From assembly GCA_028023455.1 (NCBI GenBank), contig JAQFVV010000005.1, positions 11,718,001 through 11,782,000 of the forward strand: a stretch of DNA of 64,000 bases. Reading direction: 5' to 3'. This DNA is from Epiperipatus broadwayi. Its lineage: Eukaryota; Animalia; Onychophora. This document shows positions 1-12,715 of the stretch, one piece after another. A model generated the notes under the pieces. That model worked only from the letters and a program-made list of their open reading frames with translations, was not told the origin of the DNA and ran no database searches. The position numbers and the translations under genes are program-made. Every line of letters begins with the position of its first letter. The stretch's first letter is position 1.

Positions 1-1836
1 ATAATAATCAAATTTGCATATTTATTTATTTAGTTATCTAGATTGATTTCATGGCACATTCTTTGAGTAACAGTGCTCTAAATTAATATTTGAAATTTTA
101 AGCTGGTTTCATTAATATAAAACAAAAATCACTGCTATTGAAGTATGGTTTTTCAAGTAACAATGTTTGATTTATTATTTTATAACAAAGTCAGATAAAT
201 GTGAAACAAAAGATGAGTGTTACTTATAAGTTTAGTTAAATGATTCTTGAGGAATCTAGATTTGAATTATCTTAGTAATATGTTTTGGCTTGTTTGGTCC
301 TTGACTAGATTTATATTAACATTTTTTAAACCATAGTAAAATGTAAATATTTCACAAGAGTATAGACAATTAATAAATAACACAATGATAAACTTTAAAA
401 AAAATTGCTATGCCAGGTTTTTTATGAGAGCATTTTTATCAAAAATAGACTACAATTTACTTTAGCAAACTAAATATGTTTTTCATAATGCTGATACTTG
501 TTTGAAATCATGTCATTTATAGGATAATCCGTGGACCCAGATATGTATTAGGTTAAGAAAAATAATCCTCATAAAATAGGAAGGATATGGAGATAAATTT
601 GATTTTGTTTTATTTAGTACTTGATATGACAAGGATTTAAAATTTATATTAAAAATCAAGTGAGTAAAATAAAGTTTATATAGATTACATAAATTATTTA
701 AATTAAGTATCAATAATTATGCACTTTAAATGCTCCTTAAAGAAGTTATATTTATTAATAATCTATTTAAAGCTTAGCGCTTTCAAAGCTCTATGGCTTC
801 ATACTCATAGCTGTGTGAAGTTGATAGTGATGAGGGGGCGTATTCAAATTTATGTTAATTATTTAGATGTTCATATGCATATATAAAAATATTTACATAT
901 AATAAAATAGGTAATCGTATATATATGTGTGTGTGAAACAGCATACTTAAACTTGTAGAATATCACCATAATAAAACAATAAATTTATACATTTAATAAT
1001 AAATCTAAAAAGATAAATGTTTTATTAATATATTTCAGACTTTATTTTATCTTTATTATTAATTGATAAATAATTTTGATTTTAAAATAATTTGTTTATA
1101 ATGAAATATTCAGGGTTTAAAAATAAAGTCTATTTGATAGATGTAAGAATTTGTCAAGAAAGAGAAAATTCATCTATCAATTTTGCAACCTTTTAAAAAA
1201 AGTACATTTAAAATAATATTTCTTCTGCACAAAAATATGAGTAACTGAAAATGAAAAATAGTCTAAACATAACATTTTAAAAAATTTATTGATAGTTCAA
1301 GGCACAATAAATAAAGAATGGATTGTAGCATCATAATGTTTCATTGATTTCATAAATAATAACCAAAACAAGTTCATTTCAATTGAGAAATATAATAAAA
1401 CCATGATAGGGGATAAACTAATAAAATTTTATTTTGATTATTAGGCAGTCGATATAAATCTTAACTTTTTCCCAACTGCTTTGGGTAAGGTGGATAATAA
1501 TATGAATGAAGATTTAAAATACCTGGAAAAAAATATTAGACAAAGGCTTGATGAGAAAACAATTTAGTTAGAAATAAATATTATTTTTATATCCTTAATT
1601 AGTATTTAATTTATTTTCATGTTAAGTATTCAATGTTAAGTATTTATTAAAAGTGTATTTAGGGAGTAAAATCTAAGATTAAAACCATTTGATGATACTC
1701 CACTGTGGTGGTATAAATACATTTTATAAAGTTTTAATATTCATTATATGTTTATGCAATATAAATTTAAACAAATTTAGGTATCTTAATAGTGATGCTT
1801 CCTATATCAATCTATTTACTCATAAACTTTTCTCCA

Positions 1837-1932
1837 TTATATATTGATTCCTGTTAAGAGAAATATTGAATTAATTATATGCTTCCAAATGATCCTGGCA
1901 TCAGCAGGTTCAAAGAAATAACAAATTTTATT
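1837..1932 (-). CDS. Putative terminal exon of an unidentified host gene (NKICYFFEPADARIIWKHIINSIFLLTGINI*)
   Basis: Acceptor tttttaaatataag|AAT; phase 0; 31 open codons then TAA; phase-compatible with candidate exons at 2968-3039 and 4131-4208. No recognised homology. Confidence 0.3.
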   Translation of the reverse strand, partial: NKICYFFEPADARIIWKHIINSIFLLTGINI

Positions 1933-2967
1933 CTTATATTTAAAAAAATACAGAAATATAGGCACGATTGTTTTAATTTCTGTTATTAAATTTACTTGTG
2001 TTTCTTCCTATATCTCTATATTACAAATTTGACAATCTAGGACATACAACCAATCGTGTTTTATCATTGTTTTCACATGTATTCTTTAAATTGTTAGTTG
2101 ATTTAATTAAAGATATAGGACATTAAAAATATACATTTCATAATAAAAATTATTTTTCTCTATAAATTAGATACATATGGTATATCAATTCAGTTTCATA
2201 ATGAATGTTGTATCATTTTCATGTTTTATATATAACTTTATTTGCTTATCAAGCATGATTTTAGAATATCTAATACTGAATATGTCAGTCTTATAATTAT
2301 CTTATTTTTCCTAATAAGATTAAAATTTATATTTCTTAAATTTCTAAATAAAAAAATCGTTAATATTTTATTTTATAGTGCAATATAATGTTTGACATAT
2401 ATCACACTAAAATTAATTTAAATAAGTACTACTTTTTATAAGTTATTTTAGATATAAGTTTTAAAAGTATACTTTTTTTTAATGATTTCTTTTTTTTACT
2501 ATATTTTTTTGTGAAAGAAAATATAAATTCTGATGAAATCTATTGAACAGTCAAAATAGTAATCTTAAATAAGGATGTAATTAAAGAAATTGTATGATAT
2601 TAAATGTATATGTAGTAATTTAGTATTATTATTGCTTATATTTAATATTATAAATATGTTCATACATATTTTTGTTGCTGATTTTGCTCTTTTCTTCATT
2701 TATATTTTTGATTGTTGTATTCTGAAAAAATTGTTTTAATAATCAAGTGTTCCATAATTTTGGAAAGACTAATAACTTCTGATTTAATGTAAAGCACAAG
2801 CAATAATTTGAACCTAAAGACCCAGAGACAGTTTTTTTATTAAATATGAATGTGAAAAGTATTTTTATAAATATAAATTATAATACAGAATTTGAACTTT
2901 TATATACAATAGTAATAAATATATAACTTACAGAATGTACAAAAATAATATTGTAACTATAACATAC

Positions 2968-3039
2968 CATGGATAATAACTCTGTAATACCTAATTTGAT
3001 TTCCTTACATCCATTAAGAATGTTAAATCTCATCACAGG
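2968..3039 (-). CDS. Putative internal exon, 72 nt (PVMRFNILNGCKEIKLGITELLSM)
   Basis: Acceptor caattgcag|CCT and donor ATG|gtatgt; symmetric phase 0; the other two frames are closed. Confidence 0.4.
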
Positions 3040-3849
3040 CTGCAATTGCCCAAATGCCATAAAATAAATTTCTAAACAAGATTTCTACAAACACACACAT
3101 ATATATATATACACACACACACACTCAAATTAATTACAAACTATTACAAAAATAGTAATTAATAAATAAAAATTTTATTACATTTATGTAAGAAAATAGT
3201 TTAAATAACTTATTTTCCAATTATATAAAAAATACAGTTTTATTTCTAAATATTAAATAATAAATTTTACAATTTTTTCTGAATGATATAAAAATATTGT
3301 TCTTTGGGTGATCACTATACGCTTTTACTTCATTATAAAACTTTTTAGTTATGATTTAATAAATGTTTCAGTCTTCTAAAGCTATGGTCCTCTATTTATA
3401 CCTACTAAAATTGCACAGTAAATAAAAAAATAAATATAAATGAGTTCAACATAATAATTTATTGCAGACACAAATGTTATATTGGTCCTGTGGTCATTCA
3501 ATAATTGACTAATAAATCAACAGCATGTAGGATGACATAAAGATTTTAAACTGCCATTTACTATTCACTAATTAAATTTCCCACTCCTATTGCTGGCTTG
3601 AAATTTATAGAAAAAATGAAACCATTTAGCTACAGTGAGCAACTGAAAACAAAATTCACTTTCAAGACTCCTCACATTAAGATTATTCATATTCTATTTT
3701 CAGAAAATTTTAACTTTTTTAAACTTTTAAGGTGTCGCCAGCTATCAATAACTGTTGATTATTTGAATAAACATTGTTGTACCGTGAATAGTAAATACAT
3801 CTATTTTTTTATCATATATCAATGAGTTATATATAGTTCTGCATGTTTT

Positions 3850-3935
3850 AGTGCAATAATAGATTGTCAAACTTTGAGTGTAAAATCCTTGGATCGATTC
3901 CAGTTCTGACACTTCCAGTGTTCAGACTTTTTATG
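3850..3935 (+). mobile_element. Degenerate tRNA-derived SINE-like head
   Basis: A-box-like tagtgcaataatag and B-box-like ggatcgattcc at tRNA-like spacing; stems poorly preserved. Confidence 0.3.
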
Positions 3936-4130
3936 AATTTCCAAGCAATAATGCCATTTAATTATTTATTTTTTAAATTTTTACTAAGGATATATAATTC
4001 CCACTCAAAATCTTTTATTTGTTCTCTCTTCTCCTAAAACAAGTTCTGGATCAGAAATAAATTCATATTTTCAGTTATGAAACTGGCAACAACAACTAGA
4101 AGCCATGTATGTCATAACCTATTAATTTAC

Positions 4131-4208
4131 CACAAAAGGAGTATCAGAAATTCTCAAAATAATTCCAATTATTTTGGGGACTAGCATTGTAAGCACTCTC
4201 TTTGATGC
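4131..4208 (-). CDS. Putative internal exon, 78 nt (ASKRVLTMLVPKIIGIILRISDTPFV)
   Basis: Acceptor ttttcgtgttgctag|GCA and donor GTG|gtaaat; symmetric phase 0; the other frames contain stops. Confidence 0.4.
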
Positions 4209-4539
4209 CTAGCAACACGAAAAGTTCATTAAAATATATGTAACATTACTTATGATGTTTCCGGAAATTAACTTAAAATAAATTTTAAATAATTCCTCTT
4301 TATATTTCTTTATTATCATTGAAAATCACTAATTCTAGATATTAACATGACATGATAGGGCACTCATAAGTTTCTTTGTAATATGAATGATTAATATTTC
4401 TTAGTTAGACATCATTGCTGTGACTATCCTTTTGACTCATCTCATTCATAGCATCATAAAATAGAAAAAAAATCAGAATGTAGAATAATGAGGCTATTGT
4501 CTTCTCATGTATGCAAAGAGTTTATGTGGTAAACATGTG

Positions 4540-4800
4540 AATTTCCAAGAGAAATACTAATGGAATGACTTAATGTAAAAGCAGATGTTTTTCATTCTTT
4601 CAATAATTGTAGTCTCACCAGTATAAAGGGGGGATACTTTCATTGAAAAACAGTTTTATTCACAATAAGTGAAACTTCTGAGATGTACAATACAGATTGG
4701 TAGTGTTGGAGAAATAAGTCTTTTATCAAATCTTATTTCAATTATTTAGATCTTTTTACTGGCAAACCTGCTTTATCCTTACTGCAACTTCTAACACTAT
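4540..4800 (-). mobile_element. Highly decayed Penelope-like GIY-YIG remnant
   Basis: Minus-strand translation gives YTGETTIIERMKN, resembling the Y(I)GET...L.ER.KEH motif of PLE endonucleases; surrounding frames are broken. Confidence 0.3.
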
Positions 4801-5486
4801 CTAACTTGTCTAAAACTATTTTATTTGTATAGATGAAAGCATAAAACCAATTTAATATTCTTTGCTTCCTTACCAATTAAAATTTATTCAAGAATATCAA
4901 AAACTATTTATTATGATATCAACAATGTGTTCTAGAAAAAAGTACTTTTTTCAAAATAAACATTATAAATGTGTCAAATGTTATTATTCTACCCTCTAGA
5001 AAACTTATATTCATTTTATTGGATGTTTTGGGGTGTATATTTTTCTATTTAAAATAATAGCCTTTTATAAAAATGAAACTGTTTAGAAGCATAAAATCTT
5101 ACTGCATAACTTTATTAAAAAAATCCAATTTCTATCATTAATCATTAACCTTCAAAATTCAGATCCCAGTTTTATTTTATGACCATATTAATAATCTTGC
5201 AAACATCTTATTGGCATTATGCTACAAATTGTTAATTATTTACAAACTGATCATAAAATTTAAATAATTCTAGCATATTATTATAAGAATAATTGTTTAT
5301 ATATGTCCTGCTATTATCTCCATACCTCAATCTAATTTTCTAATATAATGGTGACTAACCTGATTACAATCACTGATATTTAAGTTTATTTCATAGTGAA
5401 TAATATTGGAACAGTACATACCTTTCATAGATAATATATTTGATTGTCAATCTTTATTAGATTGCCAAAATTAAATTCCAAAAATA

Positions 5487-6995
5487 TTATAGAAATCTTA
5501 TGAAAACCCCAATAGTATCTCGGTCAGTGAAATGACTAACTTCATGACTTTCCACAGTATATTTTTCTGTGTCCTTATAATCACACAAATGGCATTTGAA
5601 TATGTCAGTAGTGTGGAAGTCCAGTGGAAATTTTTTTTCTTTATTTTGATCAAAATTGTGAGAATATTTCATATGGGACCATTTTTTATGGTTTATCAAA
5701 GTACTTTGAGAAATTGCTTTGTAATCACATAAGCTACAGTGAAAAGGCTTTTCTCCCGTATGAGTTCTTTCATGACATTTTAGGCTTTCTTTGATAACAG
5801 TTCTGTAATTGCAAAAAGTACATTGGAAGGGTTTTTCTCCTGTATGAGTTCTTTCATGGCGTTTCAAGCCTTCTTTCACAACAGTTCTGTAATCACAAAA
5901 AGTGCACTGGAATGGCTTGTCTCCTGTATGTGTTTTTTCATGGCGTTTTAAGCTTGCTCTGACATCACTCCTATAATCACAAAAAGGACACTGAAATGGT
6001 TTTTCTCCTGTATGTTTTCTTTTATGTATTTTTAAATAATTTTTATGAGGAGTCTTGTAATGGCATGATTCACACTGAAAAGGTTTTTCTCCTGTATGTG
6101 TTTTTTCATGACGTTTTAAGCTCTCTTTGACAATAGTTCTATAATCACAAAAAGGGCATTGAAATGGCTTTTCTCCTGTATGAGTCCTTTCGTGGCGTTT
6201 TAAGCTCTCTTTTACAACACTTCTATAATTACAAAAAATGCACTGAAATGGTTTTTCACCTGTATGTGTTCGTTCGTGAACTTTCAAATTAATTTTATAA
6301 CTAGTTTTGTATTCACAAAAATTGCAGTAAAATAATTTCCCTCCCCCTGTATGTGTTCTTTCATGGGCATTTAAGCAACTTTTCTCAGCAGTCCTGTAAT
6401 CACAAAATATACAGTGGAATGGTTTCTCACCTGTATGCCTTCTCTCATGAATTTTTAAATTAAATTTTATAGCAGACTTGTAATCACAAAACTTACAATG
6501 GAAAGGTTTTTCACCTGTGTGTGTTCTTTCATGCACAGTTAAATTCATTTTAAAGACTGTTTTATAATCGCAAAAACTACAGTGATATAAACTTTGACCA
6601 GTATGTGTTCTTTCGTGGACATTTAGGCAACTTTTCTCAGCAGTCTTGTAATCACAAAAGTTGCAGTGAAAAGGCTTTTCTCCTGTGTGTATTCGTTCAT
6701 GATTAGTTAAATTACATTTTATAGCAGATTTATAATTACAAAAACTACATTGGTAAGGTTTTTCTCCTGTATGTGTTCTTTCATGTATTTTTAAGTAACC
6801 TTTTGCACCTGTCTCATAATCACATAGTTTACATTGAAAAGGTTTTTCACCTGTATGAGTTCTTTCATGTATTTTCAAACTTCGTTTTTCCGCAGTCTTG
6901 TATTCACACCACTTGCATTGGAAACATTTTTCTCCTTGGTATAATATTCCATCTATTTCTGAAGTACATTTGGCAACAGTTTCATAATCACACAT
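5487..6995 (-). CDS. Tandem C2H2 zinc-finger protein, 502 aa, 16 fingers (15 in one array plus one C-terminal)
   Basis: Uninterrupted ORF with repeated F/YxCxxCxYxxxxxxxLxxHxxxH units joined by TGEKP linkers; no N-terminal effector domain recognisable in the ORF. Confidence 0.92.
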   Translation of the reverse strand: MCDYETVAKCTSEIDGILYQGEKCFQCKWCEYKTAEKRSLKIHERTHTGEKPFQCKLCDYETGAKGYLKIHERTHTGEKPYQCSFCNYKSAIKCNLTNHERIHTGEKPFHCNFCDYKTAEKSCLNVHERTHTGQSLYHCSFCDYKTVFKMNLTVHERTHTGEKPFHCKFCDYKSAIKFNLKIHERRHTGEKPFHCIFCDYRTAEKSCLNAHERTHTGGGKLFYCNFCEYKTSYKINLKVHERTHTGEKPFQCIFCNYRSVVKESLKRHERTHTGEKPFQCPFCDYRTIVKESLKRHEKTHTGEKPFQCESCHYKTPHKNYLKIHKRKHTGEKPFQCPFCDYRSDVRASLKRHEKTHTGDKPFQCTFCDYRTVVKEGLKRHERTHTGEKPFQCTFCNYRTVIKESLKCHERTHTGEKPFHCSLCDYKAISQSTLINHKKWSHMKYSHNFDQNKEKKFPLDFHTTDIFKCHLCDYKDTEKYTVESHEVSHFTDRDTIGVFIRFL

Positions 6996-9511
6996 ATTGC
7001 AGTAAAAAATTTATCCTGAAGATAATTTTCAACTTTTAATGAACTATTTTTATAGATATTACATAATGACAAGGTTTTTCTTTTGTATAATGTATATTGC
7101 TTATTTTAAATTCATTTTTGTCACTAAAATAGACATATTGGGTAATTTTTTCCCGTATAAACATTTTTTCCTGCACAAACACTTTCATCAATTTAAAACA
7201 TATTACAAAGTAGATATTATACATTCAAAAGTATTTTTGTTCTATATAAATTTATTTATAAATTGCTAAATAATTTCATAAAAGATGCACTGAAATGTTT
7301 TTTTTTGTTTCTATATAAAATCATATCTAGATTATTAATACAATCACATTGGTTAAAATATATTTATTCCGATAGTTCTTTTGAGACCTTTAAAAAAGTG
7401 CTTGCATTTTATTTGAAATGAAGCATTCTATCAAATTAAATCTTATATTAATATAAAAATAAAATTGAAGGATTAAATGATTTCATTTTTAAAGTAGAAA
7501 AATTGAAAGCATTAGTGTTGAAAAAAAGGGAATATTGGATTGTTTATATAATTGATAGTAGATATTGGAATATTCTATAGACAAGAATCAGGTGTCAAAT
7601 CTTAATAAAGGACTACTAATGTAACAGATGTATAGTAATAAATAAAAGACATTTAAATAATATGAAATAAAATTATCACTCTGACAATGCCATGGCCTTT
7701 AAAACATATTAACTGTAGTGTTTAAAGAGATGATAAAAAGGAAGAACAGAAACGTTTAGAAAATTTCATTTAGCTCGATTTGTTACACTTATCTTTTAAT
7801 ATTAATTATAGTGATATTTATAACAATATTATAATCTTCACAAATTGTATTCACAATGCTTTTTTTTATGTTTGTCTTAAGGCATTTTCTGAATTAAAAC
7901 AACTCACAAATGAATTGTTAAACAACTTTTCATTTTTTATATAGAACAAATTACTTTTCTATACTTTTTTTAATGAAATATATGTCAATGTTAAAAATGA
8001 TTTATACATCAATAAATATAAAAAACTCATTGAAGTTTACATTGTAGCTCAAGTAATTAAAATCCTCAAATGTATAATAACAATAGATGACAAGAAATGG
8101 TAAACTTCCATGGAAGAACTTGTGGATTTACAAAACTCAACATTTTTGTTTTCATTAATAAATTAGGATTTCTCTCATTTTTTTTTTTAAAAAAGGAGGG
8201 GGGGGGAACTATATTATGAATACTAAATTAGTTAATGCCTTATTTTGAATTAGTAACATACAGTTTGTCAAAAAATAAATAACAATTATAAATTAAAATA
8301 AATCTATGGCAAACAAATTCTTAAAATTAAGGGAAATGGTTTTAAAACAAACAAGAAAAAAGTATTATCTTAAGGCTGAAACTACTTTCTGATAAAAACT
8401 TTCATATCTTTTGTTAAAAAGAAATCTTATTTTAAAGTGAAGTTGGTTTTATGACTGCTAAATTTTCAATAATTTTAGTAATTTAAAATATTTATCACAA
8501 TGAATAGAATGAGCTCTGTAATCTCCATAAACTGTAATGTCTCATGTAATACACTTTGCTAGCAATGGCAAATTCCATGTTTTTCCACTGACAGAATCAT
8601 ATAATTTTTATCACCATAATTTCATATTATTTTTTCCCAATATTTTATGTTTATTATATAATTAAATTTTACACAGAAACTCATTTTATATAAATTTTAT
8701 ATGTCTTTTTAGTTTTAAAGTCAGATTTAAAATTTAGATTGTTTTTTCCCCTTCAAAAAAGGAATATGGTTTATAATTTATCTTTAATAATATTACTTCT
8801 TAATATATAATTAGATCAATGTTTTTCAGTATTAATAGATTTTTAAGTCAATAAGCTCCCTGCTGCAAAATATTCCTCCTTCTTCAAAAAAATTTAAAAT
8901 CATGAATAAACTTATTCATTTATTATTACACATCTTTAGCTCTAGTTCTATAATATTTATCTCGATAGTAGAATAAAAAAATAAAAGTTCCCATTAATTC
9001 TCAGTTGAATAAAGTATAAAAAAACATGTTACTAAGATCCCTCCAGTGTTACATAACTTCCTGAGAAATTTAACTACAATATATTTTTGCAGAGTATGTG
9101 ATTTAAAACAGTGATAGGCTGATGGATTTAAAAATAAATCATTTTTAATAGAAGTTCAACTTATCATTTGAGATTTCAAATGTCATATTACTTCTGAAAG
9201 AACAAACCATTCAATTTTTAAAAATTTGAGATGACTACAATCAAAAGATATTAATCATTCTTTATACAATAGACTATAATGATTTAGTGATAAGTTTGTA
9301 TTAACATGGACTAATTCTTTAACTCCTTTTCTCATGAAACTTAAAATGATCTGCAGTTTTTCAGATATGAATTATTGCCAACCTAAAAAAAGAAAAAAAA
9401 TCAATTAAATGACAAATAATACTGTAAATATTTTAAATAAAGATTTTAAAAACTATTCACATACATTTTTCTTTAAAAAAAGTTAATTTGAGCATTATTC
9501 AATACATATAT

Positions 9512-9668
9512 ATTGTACCGATCAAAACATGTTTATCCATCTAACATGAGCTGGAACTCGCAAAATGTACTTCAAACCCAGTCAAGCCCGAGGTTTAGGT
9601 CAGGGACCAGCCTGGATTCGAACCCATTCTCTAAGCTCCAGATCAAACACCTAATGGATAACATAACA
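9512..9668 (-). mobile_element. tRNA-derived SINE
   Basis: Perfect B-box GGTTCGAATCC (9614-9624, minus strand) within a GC-richer ~155 bp island; no complete cloverleaf. Confidence 0.6.
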
Positions 9669-10482
9669 ATGATGACACATGAGAATTTATTTTAAATCTG
9701 GCCCACTAGCAGAGTGAAAAAGACAATGAGACATCTATTAACTATGACTTAAACTAAATATATACACACATAGCTGTATGTGTGAAAGTGGAGAAAAGGA
9801 ATTCGAACTACTCAAATAAGTTAGACAACAAAAAAAAAATAGTTTAATATACTGACAAGTTATTATACATACATTTATAAATTAATTGCATACATTGGTA
9901 TATAAATTACATAATGTCATTCACGCTATTATTTCTCATATGCTCTTTTATTAGTTAAATAATATATTATAAATAAACACACATCTTTGGTGGGTCCAAT
10001 ATTAAGATGCCAATCGATTATTAAACAAGATTACATAATATTGCTATTAACGGCTTGGATTACGATTCTGAAATGTGGTGACTAACAATTTTGGGAAGCG
10101 TTCCGAGATTCATTACAGATATAATACAAACTATTTTCATGCCATTATGGTCATGAAAATAAATAAAATACATTTGAAAACATATTTGATTATATGATAA
10201 AATACTTAATGAAAATTCTTTTAATTAGTGCTGGTAAGAAGAATGTTTTATTTTCCCCAATGCAAATACTCTTAAATAGATAAATAACAAATTATGAGGA
10301 TGGGATTGTATAATAAAACTAAAATAATATTAGTAATTAATCTATCTAGTAATATTTGGCATTATTTTGAGCAGAGCGCAATTTTAATATTATTACAGCA
10401 CTAAAATAAGGTCATAAGCAAATGAAATAATAACATGAATAAGTAGCAGTACTAACATAGGCAGAGAACTCAAAGATAAGGT

Positions 10483-10766
10483 TGTGCTTCTGAACGAAAT
10501 CTAACACCCCCTTTTCTAGGACAATGCTTAGAGAAAAGTGGATAGGCATGGCGTGACCCAGACTTTTACTGGTATAACCGACGTGAGAGGCCTTTTTCTA
10601 CGAAGAAGTGAATATGCATCGCATGTGCCAAACTTACGGGAATCACCACCAGAGGCATTTATACGAAATAAATGGTCCTGGGAAGATTAACTATCATCCT
10701 CAGGACAAGGCTTGAGAAGAAATCTATGGCTTCAAACTTGTCACAACCCCCAGATTAAGAAGCACA
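10483..10766. other. GC-richer, CpG-retaining, multi-hairpin island with terminal inverted 9-mers
   Basis: TGTGCTTCT...AGAAGCACA ends; several internal hairpins, e.g. GTCCTG...CAGGAC, CATTTAT-acgaa-ATAAATG, CCAG-7nt-CTGG. Confidence 0.4.
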
Positions 10767-11186
10767 TATATATAATCACGAAGATGAGCCGAATGTCAGT
10801 AACACAGTACAAATGAATGTCACTAACGACATGAAATATGATTTACTGCTTTAAAATAAATGACCCTCATTTGAATACCATAATTTAGACAAATAATATG
10901 CTATGCAGTTATAATATATATAGACACAAGATTTTACTTAATAACTAAAATAGTAAAATATTAAAATTTACCCCCTTTTCTGATATTTAAAATAATTCAA
11001 TCCCACCTTCGTGGTTTTTATAGTAACTGGGATATTTAAATATAATATTTGAAATTTTAAGAGTATGGAAAATAAAAGAAGACTGGCAGTTATAGAAAAT
11101 AATTAATGGGTCATTCTTTCAGAATTTAATAAAAAAATAACATTTTAAAAGATTTCAAAGTGTTAATTAGCTTGAATGGTGGATTT

Positions 11187-11220
11187 ACTCCGGGTAGAAT
11201 TACTTTATTCTATTCGGAGT
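11187..11220. repeat. Isolated 14-bp stem hairpin
   Basis: ACTCCGGGTAGAAT-tacttt-ATTCTATTCGGAGT (two G-T pairs). Confidence 0.7.
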
Positions 11221-12715
11221 TGAACAAATAATTTTATAATAAATCAACAAAAAATGTTGATTCATAAAACCAAACTGGAGATTTAATTGAAAGACAAAAA
11301 GGATTTTAGAAATTAAGTTCACCAGGTTGCTGGAAATTGGCATATTAATAATAAGCAAGCAGATATATAAATCAAATAATAAATACATATAAATAAATGA
11401 CCACACCAAAGTTAAGGAAAGTTAAGAGCATACGAGAGAGAATTAAATTTATAGAAATTACTTAAGAGCAAATTACATATTAAAACAAAAACAAAGTTAA
11501 ATAATATATTAAAAGAAAACTTGATAGATGAGTTAGGCTAGATTTAGTTTGAGGTGACGGCTTGAAAAGTTACCTTGCAATTTTAAGAGTCCAATTTAAA
11601 GTATGGCATGTGCATGGCAATTGAAATGCAAATTCTTCGGTAGCAGCAAGCTTCTATTAGCATTCTAAAGTTCTTAGGTCGGGCTTTTACTTCACTCTTG
11701 GGCAGCAGAATGGTACAGCAGTGGAAGATGATCCAACAGGGCCAAGAAGAGTGGTGGCTTACTACTACATCATTTATAGCTTCACAGTGATGTGTAGCAT
11801 GTTATCAATACAGTTCTCTCAACAGTAGCTAATCTGTTGGTGATTTAAAATCTGGCGATTTTATACTCCTGCCCATGTATTTGAAGAATGCTTTCCATTT
11901 CTTATCCCTAGCTCAAACGTAATCTTTAATCTAAGAAAAATTTTACATTTCTTTGTCCATTGTTTTTGAAAGATGCAACTGTAAGATAATGTCCAAAAAT
12001 AAATTCAAATCTATTTCCAGATTAGAAATAGATTTGACAAAAATGTTTATAACAAAAGAAAATCTTTAATCTTAATCCCATTTTATTTTAAGTAAAAACT
12101 TTAATTAAAAATACCTTCCCCAGATTAAAACAACAGTGTTTCCAACTCTTTAATTATTTTTGGACAATTAACGGTTGCATCTTCCATCTTGGATTTTATA
12201 AAATACAGTTTAATAGGAAAAAAAATACTTTAAAAAGAAAAAGTTGTATAAATGACATATAATAAAATATTTTAAAAAATCAATATTTTGTTAGTATTTT
12301 GCTCCTATATATATATATCTGAGCCGTATCTATGTACTTTAATAAAAAAAGAACTAATAATTAATAAAAAAGAATTAATAAGAATTTTAAAAAAATGTTA
12401 TTGAAACGTTAAAATTTTATAACTTAGGCACGCATCTCAAATATATACATGAAATATATATACATGACAAAAGGAGCGGGATGGGAAATAGGGTTTAAAT
12501 ATAGGTTAGTAGATGGAACTATGAAGCTCAATCTTAAGATAAGATTGACTGCTTCAATATATATATATTCTAAATAACTTAAGCACTTATTTCTATTTTT
12601 CTGCCTATATCAACAAGAAAATAAGATTTGAAGAAGTTTGTTATATAGATAAAACTATAAAAAAAAAAAAAATTATATGAAAATAAGTGCATAAGTGATT
12701 TACAATTTATATATA

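Noticed and set aside
9250-9383. Strong minus-strand acceptor (tttttttag|GTTGG) as a coding exon
   Set aside because: All three frames stop within 14 codons with no donor; at most a UTR or terminal exon.
10483-10766. RNase P/MRP, 7SK, snRNA or telomerase RNA identity
   Set aside because: Conserved sequence motifs of these RNAs were not found on either strand by eye.
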